A stretch of 64,000 bases of DNA from Candidatus Saccharimonadales bacterium (GTDB taxonomy: Bacteria > Patescibacteriota > Saccharimonadia > Saccharimonadales > EFPC-124): the NCBI GenBank assembly GCA_050730875.1, contig JBOHNX010000001.1, positions 141,827-205,826 of the forward strand, written 5' to 3'. The position numbers and the translations under genes are program-made. The notes below the pieces were generated by a model. That model saw nothing but the letters and a program-made list of their open reading frames with translations, had not been told where the DNA came from and searched no databases. This document shows, in pieces, positions 1 to 8,647 of this stretch. Every line of letters starts with the position of its first letter. Positions within the stretch are counted from its first letter, which is position 1.

Positions 1-578
1 GCTACGATTCGGTTCATATCCCAATTCCACCGTACGACATTGGCATTGGCTGGCTGATACTCCCGTTATTTATCTTTATTGTGGTTGCAACCAGCAATGC
101 GGTAAACATTAGCGATGGCCTGGATGGCTTAGCTGGCGGTTTATCAGCAATGGCATTTGGTTTCTTCGGTGTTATTGCTTTGCTGCAGGGGAATGTTGGC
201 ATCGCTGGTTTCTGCTTTACGGTAGTGGGTGCGCTCTTGGCGTATCTCTGGTTTAACATCTTCCCAGCACGTTTCTTTATGGGCGATGTGGGCTCGTTTG
301 CCCTAGGCACGGCACTGGGCGTCGTGGCCATGCTGACAGACACGGTGTTGCTTTTGCCGGTCATCGGCCTGTTGTTTGTTGTAGAAGCCGGTTCGAGTCT
401 TATCCAAATTGCCAGTAAAAAGATTTTTAAACGTAAGATATTTCTTTCGGCACCGATTCATCACCACCTAGAGGCCATTGGATGGCCCGAAACCAAGGTA
501 ACCATGCGTTTTTGGGTGATTGGGCAAGTATGTGGCGCAATTGGCCTTATTTTAGCGCTCATAGGGGGCTACATTTAG
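1..578 (+). CDS. mraY: phospho-N-acetylmuramoyl-pentapeptide transferase MraY, C-terminal part (5' end outside window)
   Basis: The frame of ORF 81..578 stays open back to the window edge. It carries MraY signatures NAVNISDGLDGLAGG and FMGDVGSFALG. It is followed by ftsW-murG-ftsQ. Confidence 0.9.
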   Translation, partial: YDSVHIPIPPYDIGIGWLILPLFIFIVVATSNAVNISDGLDGLAGGLSAMAFGFFGVIALLQGNVGIAGFCFTVVGALLAYLWFNIFPARFFMGDVGSFALGTALGVVAMLTDTVLLLPVIGLLFVVEAGSSLIQIASKKIFKRKIFLSAPIHHHLEAIGWPETKVTMRFWVIGQVCGAIGLILALIGGYI

Positions 579-579
579 C

Positions 580-1842
580 ATGCGCGAAGCTGGCTCGTTA
601 GCACATGGGGTCCGACGACATCGTCCAGATGTGCTGATGCTGCTGTTTATGGCCATTTTGCTACTGCTTGGCCTGATTGTTATCTACGCGATTAGCCCAG
701 CGCTTACAGCGCGTATTAACGCCGCAGGTAACACCTTAGACCAAAACCACTTTATGTATCGCCAACTCATGTACTTGGCTGCCGGCGTATTGGCTTTTGC
801 CGTAACTGCACTGACGCCCCTTGGATTTTGGCGAAAAATACAGGGGAAGTTGCTGATAGGTGGCATTATTCTTGGCAGCTTGCCGTTTTTATTACAACAA
901 ACGCCTTTAGCGCTGTGTGCGAACGGTGCCTGCCGTTGGATTAACTTAGGCTTTGTTACGTTTCAGCCGGCCGAAGTTATAAAATTTGCGTTGGTTATTT
1001 TTTTGGCAAGCTTTTTAGCGGCGCGTATCCAGCAGGGGAAGCTGAATAATCTCAATCACACCTTAATCCCTGTAGGGCTTATTTTGCTCGCTGTGGCGGT
1101 GATTGTGATTGGGCTGCAAAAAGACCTTGGGACTGGCATTACTATTTTTTCCGTTGTTATGACGATGTTATTTGTTGGCGGGCTCGAGAGGCGATACCTC
1201 ACTCTAGCCGTTGGGGCGAGCTTATTGCTCGGCGTGGTGTTTACTGTTATTGCGCCGCATCGTGTTGAGCGCATTATGACGTTCTTTAACCACCAAAATG
1301 TTACCGATGATGGCATGGGGTACCATATTAACCAAGCGTTAATTGCTATCGGGAGCGGTGGCTTAACAGGGAAGGGCTTGGGGCAGAGTGTGCAGGCCTT
1401 TGGTTATTTGCCAGAAGCCGCGAACGACTCGATTTTTGCAATCCTGGCCGAGAAGTTTGGCTTTTTAGGGACGGTGGCGGTGCTTGCGTTGTTTGCGGCA
1501 CTGTTCTTACGAATCTTGCGTACTATGGATCACACGCCGAGCCCATACTTTAAGCTCATAGTCGCAGGGGTGTTTGGGTGGGTTGTATCGCACACTATTG
1601 TGAATGTTGGCGCTATGCTCGGTATTTTCCCGCTGACCGGTATTACGTTGCCGTTTGTGAGCTTTGGCGGCACAAGTCTTTTATTTATGTTGAGCGCTTT
1701 AGGTCTCGTTTTCCATATTTCCAGGTATACTAGTCATCGTACTGATATCGCTGAAACAGAAGGAGGGAGCGTTTATGACTATCGTGTGCGCGGGCGGCGG
1801 CTCGGGCGGGCACGTGACGCCGGTATTGGCCGTCCTGCATGA
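580..1842 (+). CDS. ftsW: SEDS-family cell-division protein FtsW/RodA
   Basis: 420-aa polytopic membrane ORF with FtsW/RodA motifs (FQPAEVIKF, NDSIFAILAEKFG, GITLPFVSFGGTS). It sits in the dcw position. It overlaps the murG start by 68 nt. Confidence 0.9.
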   Translation: MREAGSLAHGVRRHRPDVLMLLFMAILLLLGLIVIYAISPALTARINAAGNTLDQNHFMYRQLMYLAAGVLAFAVTALTPLGFWRKIQGKLLIGGIILGSLPFLLQQTPLALCANGACRWINLGFVTFQPAEVIKFALVIFLASFLAARIQQGKLNNLNHTLIPVGLILLAVAVIVIGLQKDLGTGITIFSVVMTMLFVGGLERRYLTLAVGASLLLGVVFTVIAPHRVERIMTFFNHQNVTDDGMGYHINQALIAIGSGGLTGKGLGQSVQAFGYLPEAANDSIFAILAEKFGFLGTVAVLALFAALFLRILRTMDHTPSPYFKLIVAGVFGWVVSHTIVNVGAMLGIFPLTGITLPFVSFGGTSLLFMLSALGLVFHISRYTSHRTDIAETEGGSVYDYRVRGRRLGRARDAGIGRPA

Positions 1843-2944
1843 ACTAAAACGCCATGACCCAGATCTAAAATCGTATTTCATAACCGACCGCAAATTTGGT
1901 CCGCAGGCTCATGAAATTATGGCCAAGGCACCATTCGAAGTCGAGCTGAAGCGGATTTACGCTGGTAAACTGCGTCGATACCACCGAGTTGCGTTGTGGC
2001 GGCAGCTTATAGATGTCCGCACAATGGCAAAAAACTTTGGCGATCTATTTCTAGTAGGTCTCGGTATTATGCAGAGCATAAAATTCATTATAAAGGTGAA
2101 GCCGGATGCGGTGTTTACCAAGGGTGGCTTTGTGTGTTTGCCGGTTGGCTTAGCCGCAAGATTATTGGGTATTCCTCTTGTTATTCATGACTCCGATTCG
2201 CACCCTGGCCTGACAAACCGTATTTTAGCCAAGCACGCTAAAGTCATAGGCACTGGTGCGCCGGTTGAACACTACCCGTATCCTAAGGGTCGCACGCATT
2301 ATGTTGGTATTCCGGTTGATCGAGCATTTCGTCCAGCTGACAGCAAAAAACAGCAGCAACTTAAGGCTGAGCTTGGTTTACACGATACAACTAAGCCGCT
2401 TCTTGTGGTTACCGGCGGCGGGCAGGGCGCACGCAACTTAAATCGAGCAGTAGTAAATGTAGCCAGTCAGCTGGTGAACAAACTCGCCATTTTGCACGTT
2501 ACTGGTCAAGGCAACTACAATGAGGTGCTGAAAGCAGCGCCCGAGCATGTCGACTACATTGTGAAGCCGTTTGTACCTGGGCTAGCAACGGCGTTTCGGG
2601 CGGCAGACATGGTTATTACGCGCGCTGGCGCTACTACTATGGTCGAGCTGGCTGCTGCCGCCAAACCTGTCATCATTGTGCCGCACCCTAACCTGGCTGG
2701 CGGCCATCAGCTAAAGAACGCGGCAGTATTTAAGCAAGCTGGTGCGGCAGTGGTGCTTGACGAAGACGAGCTTATTTTGCACCCGCTTCGCCTTAAAAAA
2801 GCAGTGGTAGAGCTCCTGGAGAAGCCAGCAGTGCGCGCAAAGTTGGGTAAGGCGTTGCACCGCTTCGCAAAGCCTTACGCAGCGCTTGACATGGCAGCGT
2901 TGATTGTCGAGGCTGCTTGTGTAAACAAAAAACAACGTGGTTAA
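1775..2944 (+). CDS. murG: UDP-GlcNAc:lipid I N-acetylglucosaminyltransferase MurG
   Basis: N-terminal GGGSGGHVTP loop and C-terminal RAGATTMVELAAAAKPVIIVP...GHQLKNA, both typical of MurG. dcw order supports the call. Confidence 0.93.
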   Translation: MTIVCAGGGSGGHVTPVLAVLHELKRHDPDLKSYFITDRKFGPQAHEIMAKAPFEVELKRIYAGKLRRYHRVALWRQLIDVRTMAKNFGDLFLVGLGIMQSIKFIIKVKPDAVFTKGGFVCLPVGLAARLLGIPLVIHDSDSHPGLTNRILAKHAKVIGTGAPVEHYPYPKGRTHYVGIPVDRAFRPADSKKQQQLKAELGLHDTTKPLLVVTGGGQGARNLNRAVVNVASQLVNKLAILHVTGQGNYNEVLKAAPEHVDYIVKPFVPGLATAFRAADMVITRAGATTMVELAAAAKPVIIVPHPNLAGGHQLKNAAVFKQAGAAVVLDEDELILHPLRLKKAVVELLEKPAVRAKLGKALHRFAKPYAALDMAALIVEAACVNKKQRG

Positions 2945-2958
2945 GCTACACTAGTACT

Positions 2959-3873
2959 ATGTTCTGGCGAAAACAAAAAGAACCCGTTCGACAGCCACGG
3001 CTTATGGCCGGGCAAGATGATTACGTGTTTCGACGGAGCCGGACGCTAACGGGCAGCGTGTCGTCGCAGGTTACTGCAACGGCAGAAAAGCGCGGGCAAC
3101 TGAAGACCGACCGGTTAAAGTTGCACGAGCTAAAGGCGCATCGCCGGCATGTGCTGCGGCTGCTCGGCGTGGTTTTGCTGGCCTTGGGCGTGATGGTGTT
3201 TTTGCTTGCGAATTTTATTGTTTCACCACAGATTGCCAGTGCAGAACCAGGCGTTCGCCAGGCTGATGCTTCGAAGTACCACCAAGCTATTTACACGTAT
3301 TTTGGTGATCATCCGCTGGAGCGTTTTGGGTTTGCACTGAATGCCGAAGAGTTTCAGGAGCATCTTAAGCAGTCGCACGATGAGGTGCGTAGCGTAACGG
3401 TTGAGCGTGATTGGTATGGTGGTGACGTGCGTTTTATTTTGTATTTTCGGCAGCCGCTTTTGGTGTGGCGGAGTGCGGGCCAGCAGTTTTATGTAGATAA
3501 TCAGGGTGTTGCGTTTGACTACAATCATTTTGTTGAGCCGACGGTGGCGGTGGAGGACCAGTCCGGTATTACACCGGATCAAGCTTCGGGGGCAGTGGCG
3601 TCTACCCGATTCCTTGGTTTTTTGGGGCGTACGGTGGGTGCGATTAACTCCTATAACAAGGGTAAGGTCGTTGCGGTTATTATTCCGCGGTCGACTCGGC
3701 AAATTGATATTAAACTGGAGGGTCGCGATTATATTATTAAGACGCATATCGACCGCGATCCCCTGCAACAGGCTGAAGATATTGCTAATGCACTCAAGTA
3801 CTTCGATGTGCATGGTATTAAGCCGCAGTATGTTGATGTGCGGGTGGCGCACAAGGCGTTTTATAAGAATTAA
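2959..3873 (+). CDS. ftsQ: FtsQ/DivIB-like cell-division protein (single TM + POTRA-like domain)
   Basis: ORF 2917..3873; the Met at 2959 (MFWRKQ) is the more likely start. It has a TM helix (LLGVVLLALGVMVFLLANF) followed by a POTRA-like segment (VRSVTVERDWYGGDVRFILYFRQPLLVW...YVDNQGVAF). It lies after murG. Confidence 0.7.
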   Translation: MFWRKQKEPVRQPRLMAGQDDYVFRRSRTLTGSVSSQVTATAEKRGQLKTDRLKLHELKAHRRHVLRLLGVVLLALGVMVFLLANFIVSPQIASAEPGVRQADASKYHQAIYTYFGDHPLERFGFALNAEEFQEHLKQSHDEVRSVTVERDWYGGDVRFILYFRQPLLVWRSAGQQFYVDNQGVAFDYNHFVEPTVAVEDQSGITPDQASGAVASTRFLGFLGRTVGAINSYNKGKVVAVIIPRSTRQIDIKLEGRDYIIKTHIDRDPLQQAEDIANALKYFDVHGIKPQYVDVRVAHKAFYKN

Positions 3874-3888
3874 GCGGATGACCCGACC

Positions 3889-4023
3889 GCTGCTTTTCGT
3901 ACTATTCCTTCACAGAGCAAATGTGCCCGCTCTTCCTTAACCAACTGAAAGCCCTGAACTACAGGGTTTCAGTTGGTTACTCCAGAGCTACGATCCTCTG
4001 TGAAGGAATAGTACGAGCGCAGC
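3889..4023. repeat. 135-nt nested inverted repeat (rod-like hairpin)
   Basis: 3898-3917 is perfectly complementary to 3996-4015 (20 bp). The helix is extended by 3889-3893/4019-4023. An inner helix pairs 3929-3933 with 3984-3988. The innermost helix pairs 3938-3956 with 3962-3979 (18 bp, one bulge, 5-nt loop). Confidence 0.85.
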
Positions 4024-4305
4024 ATATCCTGGGGTATGCGGAAGAGGGTAGGGCGGAGGAGCTTTACTTACTAGGAGTCGCAAAGCTAAAAAGCCTACGG
4101 CATCACCCGCTCGATGGATAACTTATTGCTTGTGTTGATTAGCGGCAGAAGCAGACTACTCCGCTGCTCTCTTTTATGTTCTAATTTTGTTCTTGCTTTA
4201 AGTTATAGACCCACTCCAATATCGAAAAAACTATATAAAAATATTAAATTCAAAAAAAGCAAATAGTGTAGGGCGGAGGGTGGTAGGGAGTCGTGAAAAA
4301 ATATT

Positions 4306-4527
4306 ATGAAAATACAAAAAAGCAAATTTGCAAATGCGACTGTGGAAAAGTCAAATTACGACATGGCACGTTTTATGGGGTGCTGCCAGTCGGCTGGCGA
4401 CCTAAGCCGGTCGACAGTACAATACAAGTTTAAATGTAGCGGTGCGCGTAGTGTAATTACAGCCACATTAACGCCAAACTCCCGGAAAACTCCCCTAGTA
4501 AGACGATGTACCAATCATCTTCAGTAA
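4306..4527 (+). CDS. hypothetical small protein (very uncertain; alternative 46-codon GTG frame at 4293..4433)
   Basis: This is the only ORF of at least 60 aa in the 955-bp gap. GGAGG/GGGAG motifs lie upstream (4276-4290). A perfect 11-bp hairpin (4532-4542/4559-4569) follows the stop. No recognisable family. Confidence 0.2.
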   Translation: MKIQKSKFANATVEKSNYDMARFMGCCQSAGDLSRSTVQYKFKCSGARSVITATLTPNSRKTPLVRRCTNHLQ

Positions 4528-4828
4528 AATAATGTAATGTCGTAAAAGATATATTGTGCGACATTACATCTATATTAAACTATGTACACTTTCATCCATC
4601 TTCAGCCACCAATTTTCTTGTGTTTCGTCTATGATTTTTATGGCTCCTCATTCTTCTACTCGCCCGGGCTGCGTTCTCGCTTTAAACGAGTCATTATGGT
4701 TGTTTGATTACTTTATGTAGATTCATTTTGACTGCTAAACCAATTAACAGGGGTCGACCTCTATTATCGAGTATTCGATAGATTGTGTTCGTATTTTGTT
4801 CGTTTTATTTCTGTATGATTATTACTCC

Positions 4829-7525
4829 CTAGCGTAAGCGAAGTACAAAGTCGTTGTCTTGTTGCTCTTGTTGGGGCTGCGGCTGTTGCTGTTGTGGAGT
4901 GGGGTTTTGAGTCTTAGAACCGCCTCGTTTGCGTCCGCGCGAACGGGAACGCTTGCCGCTACCTGGCGTTGCTTGCTGGCCTGATTGTTGCTGTGGAGCG
5001 GCTGGTGCGGGCTGTGGGGGCTTTTGCGTTTGAGCGGCGGGCGCTGTTGTGGGTTGTTTTGATGGTGGCTGTGTCTGTGGGGCAGTAAATCGACCAGACG
5101 CGGCGGGGATGAGAGTTTGTTTAATCACCTTCTGAATTTCGGCCTCAACTTCTGCCCGAGGTCGCGAGTAATGGCGACGTGTGTTTTCGATAATCTGCGG
5201 CGAGTAGTCATTTTGCGCGGCTGGGAGGGTTAGGGTGGTTGCAGAGAACGCCGGTGCCTTCTCTCCCCTAATGACCATGCTAATGACAAAATGTCGGTTG
5301 TGCATTTGCATGAGGTCAGCGGCTTCAAACTGCGGTTCGAACTGCTTAGAAAGCAGTGGCGCATCGTCGGGGCTGACCCGGAAGGAAATGACAGTACCAA
5401 CGTTCCCGAATACGGCATCGCGTACGGTATCGTTCATCTGTGAAATATATTGGTTGGCTACAGTTAGGTTAAGGCCGTATTTACGTGCCTCACTTAAGAT
5501 AGTTGCAAACGAATCGGTCGCGAAGTTTTGGAATTCGTCCACGTACAGGTAGAACGGCTTGCGATCTTCGATGTGCGGAATATCAGAACGGCTCATGGCG
5601 GCCAGCTGGATTTTGGTTACTAGGAACGAGCCCAGCACGGCGGCGTTGTCTTCCCCTACTAACCCTTTGCTCAGGTTCACGATCAAAATTTTGCCTTCGT
5701 CCATGATTTTACGGATGTTAAAAGTGCTTTTTGGCTGGCCAATGATGTTACGGATGATTGGATTAGCAGTAAAGGCACCCACCTTGTTAAGCACTGGGGC
5801 AATGGCTTCGGCAGCGAATTTATCGTTCCAGCTCGCAAATTCTACCGTCCAGAACTGGCGCACTACGGCGTCATCGACATATGTTAGGACCTCGTTGCGG
5901 AACTTTTTATCGGTGAGCATGCGGGTGATATCGAGTAGTGTTGTGTTTGGATAATCCAAAAGCGCTAAGATTGTGTAGCGCAAGATGTATTCCAAACGTG
6001 GCCCCCAACTTTCGCCGAACATGCGTTTTAGGACACCAATAATTTCAGAACTAATATTGTTCTTCATGGCTGGATTGATGACTTCCATCGGGTTGAAGCC
6101 AATCGGGTATGCTGTGTCTGCTGGGTTAAAGTAGATCACATCCTTGGCGCGCGACTGAGGGATAAACCGCAGGTTGTTAATGGCAAAGTCGCCATGTGGA
6201 TCGATAATGGCGAAACCGTGGTTATGGAAGACGTCGCTGAGTGCAAACAGCTCCAACAGACCAGATTTACCAGTACCGGTTTGGCCAATGATATACACGT
6301 GACGGCCGCGGTCTGAACGGTACAGGCCAAATTGCTGGTTAATCCCGCGGAAGTTCGTTAGACCGAACGCACTTATTTCGGCATCGGCCTCGACACCGAT
6401 GACAACTGGCAGTTTTGCAGGTGGTTCGGCTGTTTTTGAGCTTGCCCAGACGATGTTCGGTGTCTCCACGTTGGTGTGTGGTAAGTGGAAGACACTGGCG
6501 AGCTCTTCGATATTTAAAATGTAGCCGCGATCAATAAAGAACCGCGCACGATATTGCGCCAGGCCGTCGGGCGAGAACGAAGAGTTCTTCATCTGGAAGC
6601 CATTCAGGTTCGTACTGTTGAACTGTTTGAACGTACCAACAATCGCTTGCATGCGCAGTCGGGCGGTTTGTTGGCTGTTACCCAAATACGTCAGCCGTAT
6701 TTTTACTTGGTAGCCTAATTTAATGCTCTTCTTCTCTACTTCGGTGATCCGGCCTTTTTCGCGTTCGCTAATTTCTGCCGGGCCACTGCTGCCTTGATTT
6801 TCTGGTGGTTTCCAGAGAGCTTCAAGCGCACGCAGCAAATAATAGCCAAGACCACCGCCGAGGGCAGCACTACTGCTCCCTCCCCCACTCTTCGCACGGG
6901 CTGTGTAGCGACTGGCTTTGCGGTGCCAGTCATCCGAAATTGGGCGCGCCAATACCTGAATCCACATTTCTTCGCCGGTTTCTTCGAGTTTGGCTAGTGT
7001 AGCGGTCACGGCTGCTAAGGGGTCAACCTCGAAGCTCTGGAATGTTTTAATCGGTAGCACTTCGTTATCGATTAATGAAAGTTCAGCGGTATGCACAACC
7101 TGCTGTTTGATATCGCGAGCTGCGTAATCTTCTTCTGCAACATGAATCTGCACAGTTGGATATTGCGCGTAAATTTGGCCTTCAACAAAGTTTTGCAGGT
7201 ATGTCGGCACCCATACGTAAAAGCGTATGCGTTTGTCGATGGCGGCGATTTCAAAGCTGATGTGTTCCTGCAAGCCGCCCTGCGTGGCAAGCTCACGCTT
7301 CGAGCGCAAAATACCGTGCAAACTGGCGAACATTTGCTCGGCTGCCAGTTCTTGCTTCTCGTTTGTACGAGGGATCTCGAGGATTAATAGGGTGTGGTCA
7401 AGATCACGAACCACCTTAGCTCGACGGTTGTTCCGAAGGGCTAAGTAACCAAGGACTGCGGCGATTGGCAGCCAGATGTACCACTTGCTCAGCAAGCCGA
7501 AAATCAACGAGAGCACCACGTCCAT
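4829..7525 (-). CDS. membrane-anchored VirD4/TraG/TraD-like (FtsK-HerA superfamily) ATPase with P/Q-rich C-terminal tail
   Basis: 898 aa. N-terminal TM helix. Walker A YIIGQTGTGKSG. Walker B-like FYLYVDEFQNF. Coupling-protein-like LNLTVANQYISQ. The last ~110 aa are low-complexity P/Q/G/R. Confidence 0.75.
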   Translation of the reverse strand: MDVVLSLIFGLLSKWYIWLPIAAVLGYLALRNNRRAKVVRDLDHTLLILEIPRTNEKQELAAEQMFASLHGILRSKRELATQGGLQEHISFEIAAIDKRIRFYVWVPTYLQNFVEGQIYAQYPTVQIHVAEEDYAARDIKQQVVHTAELSLIDNEVLPIKTFQSFEVDPLAAVTATLAKLEETGEEMWIQVLARPISDDWHRKASRYTARAKSGGGSSSAALGGGLGYYLLRALEALWKPPENQGSSGPAEISEREKGRITEVEKKSIKLGYQVKIRLTYLGNSQQTARLRMQAIVGTFKQFNSTNLNGFQMKNSSFSPDGLAQYRARFFIDRGYILNIEELASVFHLPHTNVETPNIVWASSKTAEPPAKLPVVIGVEADAEISAFGLTNFRGINQQFGLYRSDRGRHVYIIGQTGTGKSGLLELFALSDVFHNHGFAIIDPHGDFAINNLRFIPQSRAKDVIYFNPADTAYPIGFNPMEVINPAMKNNISSEIIGVLKRMFGESWGPRLEYILRYTILALLDYPNTTLLDITRMLTDKKFRNEVLTYVDDAVVRQFWTVEFASWNDKFAAEAIAPVLNKVGAFTANPIIRNIIGQPKSTFNIRKIMDEGKILIVNLSKGLVGEDNAAVLGSFLVTKIQLAAMSRSDIPHIEDRKPFYLYVDEFQNFATDSFATILSEARKYGLNLTVANQYISQMNDTVRDAVFGNVGTVISFRVSPDDAPLLSKQFEPQFEAADLMQMHNRHFVISMVIRGEKAPAFSATTLTLPAAQNDYSPQIIENTRRHYSRPRAEVEAEIQKVIKQTLIPAASGRFTAPQTQPPSKQPTTAPAAQTQKPPQPAPAAPQQQSGQQATPGSGKRSRSRGRKRGGSKTQNPTPQQQQPQPQQEQQDNDFVLRLR

Positions 7526-7597
7526 ATTGCTTATCCCTTATTGTCGCATGGGAACGGCACCCAGCGCAAACAACTCTTTTGCGATAAGGCGCTCGGG

Positions 7598-8647
7598 CTA
7601 TTCTTTGTCTTCTTCTGCCAGTGCATATGTCGCCTTAGCCACCCGCTTAAAGCGCTGTTTGCCCTGGAGGTTGAGCAAGATAGTCGTTTCTTTCACCTGA
7701 CGGTGCTTGAGGACTCGACGAACAATTTCATCACGGTGCAATGGACCACCCTCTTTTTTGAGGATGTCGGTAATGATGTCGGCAACGGTACCCTTCTTAA
7801 AGCCCCAATCCTTGAGTGCGTAAATACCACGGCCAATCAACACAAAACGGCTGTCTTTAATGAGCTCGTTGTGAATAGCCTGGGTTGTAACATCTTTACG
7901 GCGGAAATCAGACTCTTTAATTGACTTCGCGATGTCGCTAAAGTGCATTGGTTTACCGTTTTCTTGTAGGACAACAAAAATTTTGTCGCGGATGTTTTTA
8001 GGGTTAACGGTTGGCCATTTAGTCAGACCCCAGTGGTCCTTAAGGTTGGCAAGCTCTTTGCTAACCTGTGCGAGCGCGCGGACGTGCGACGGGTGGTCGT
8101 GGTCAAGTTTTTGGTGCAGCTGCTCGATTGTCAGCGGTTCACCTTCTTTTTTGATGGTGCCGACAATGCTATCGACGTGCTTCTTGATTTGTGGTTCGTC
8201 GTGATATTCCTTAATGCCTACCGAGTGGTGGTAGCGGTCGCTTTCCTCGACGACAGTTAGGCGCGGTGCTAGTTCGGCAACAAATGCCACGTGAGCACGG
8301 TCGCGCTCGCTTGGCGCTTTGGCGATACGGGCTGCAAGGTCAGATACTTTGGCAACACGGCCAAGGTCATGCAAGTGACGGATAAGGTGTTTTTCGAGAG
8401 TGGTAATGTGTGGCAAGCTCTCTTCCGCGGCCAGTTTTAGGCGGATCATAATTGCCTTTTCCAGCTGGCGCACACGTTCGCGAGTAATACCAAGAAGCTC
8501 ACCAATTTGCTCGAGTGTTTCTTTGCGGTCGTACAAACCAAAACGACGCGCAATGATTTCGCGCTCTCGCTCTCGTTCTACTGTAATAAGGATATCCTTA
8601 ACAGCTGACTGTAAATCCACCGTCGCCGCTTCAGCGGTATCGCTCAT
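7598..8647 (-). CDS. sigma-70 region-4-like HTH protein fused to two HARE-HTH-like domains
   Basis: The segment REIIARRFGLYDRKETLEQIGELLGITRERVRQLEKAIMIRLK resembles sigma70 region 4. Two C-terminal modules end in DSRFVLIGRGIYALKDWG and QRFKRVAKATYALAEE, like the RpoE-delta HARE-HTH. The Met at 8647 has a GGAAAGG RBS (the ORF track starts at 8689). Confidence 0.6.
   Translation of the reverse strand: MSDTAEAATVDLQSAVKDILITVEREREREIIARRFGLYDRKETLEQIGELLGITRERVRQLEKAIMIRLKLAAEESLPHITTLEKHLIRHLHDLGRVAKVSDLAARIAKAPSERDRAHVAFVAELAPRLTVVEESDRYHHSVGIKEYHDEPQIKKHVDSIVGTIKKEGEPLTIEQLHQKLDHDHPSHVRALAQVSKELANLKDHWGLTKWPTVNPKNIRDKIFVVLQENGKPMHFSDIAKSIKESDFRRKDVTTQAIHNELIKDSRFVLIGRGIYALKDWGFKKGTVADIITDILKKEGGPLHRDEIVRRVLKHRQVKETTILLNLQGKQRFKRVAKATYALAEEDKE

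Noticed and set aside
1775-1842. A 68-nt ftsW/murG overlap, possibly a frameshift or fusion.
   Set aside because: Both reading frames look intact with family motifs up to their ends. A long overlap or a slightly later murG-independent ftsW stop is common in compact genomes.
3223-3852. A 209-aa ORF on the - strand (and 3506..3940 on +).
   Set aside because: These are shadow ORFs inside or overlapping ftsQ. They have no RBS and a composition typical of antisense translation.
3905-4170. Short strings resembling RNase P RNA conserved regions occur in the right order. CACAGAGCAAAUG resembles ACAGAGAGCAAACC. GUGAAGGAAUAGUACGAGCGCA resembles GUGAAAGGGUGCGGUAAGAGCGCA. GGGUAGGGCGGAGGAGC resembles GGGUAGGCUGCUUGAGC. 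CGAUGGAUAAC resembles AGAUGAAUGAC. GCAGAAGCAGACUAC resembles ACAGAACCCGGCUUA.
   Set aside because: There is no GGAAAGUCC (CR-I) and no P4 or P1 complementarity. The first two strings pair with each other in a perfect 20-bp stem, which is incompatible with the RNase P J11/12-J12/13 modules. Comparable chance resemblances also appear in the 11.7-12.1 kb element. Only a covariance-model scan can settle this.
4237-4327. Direct repeats that could hint at a CRISPR or iteron array.
   Set aside because: There are only two imperfect copies with A-tract composition and no repeat-spacer periodicity. No cas genes lie in the window.
4400-4500. The - strand reads GGGGAGUUUUCCGGGAG ... GUCGACCGGCUUAGGUCGCC, reminiscent of the RNase P CR-I and CR-V (GGCUUA).
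   Set aside because: The two motifs are only about 85 nt apart, GAAAGU is missing, and no intervening specificity or catalytic-domain helices are present.
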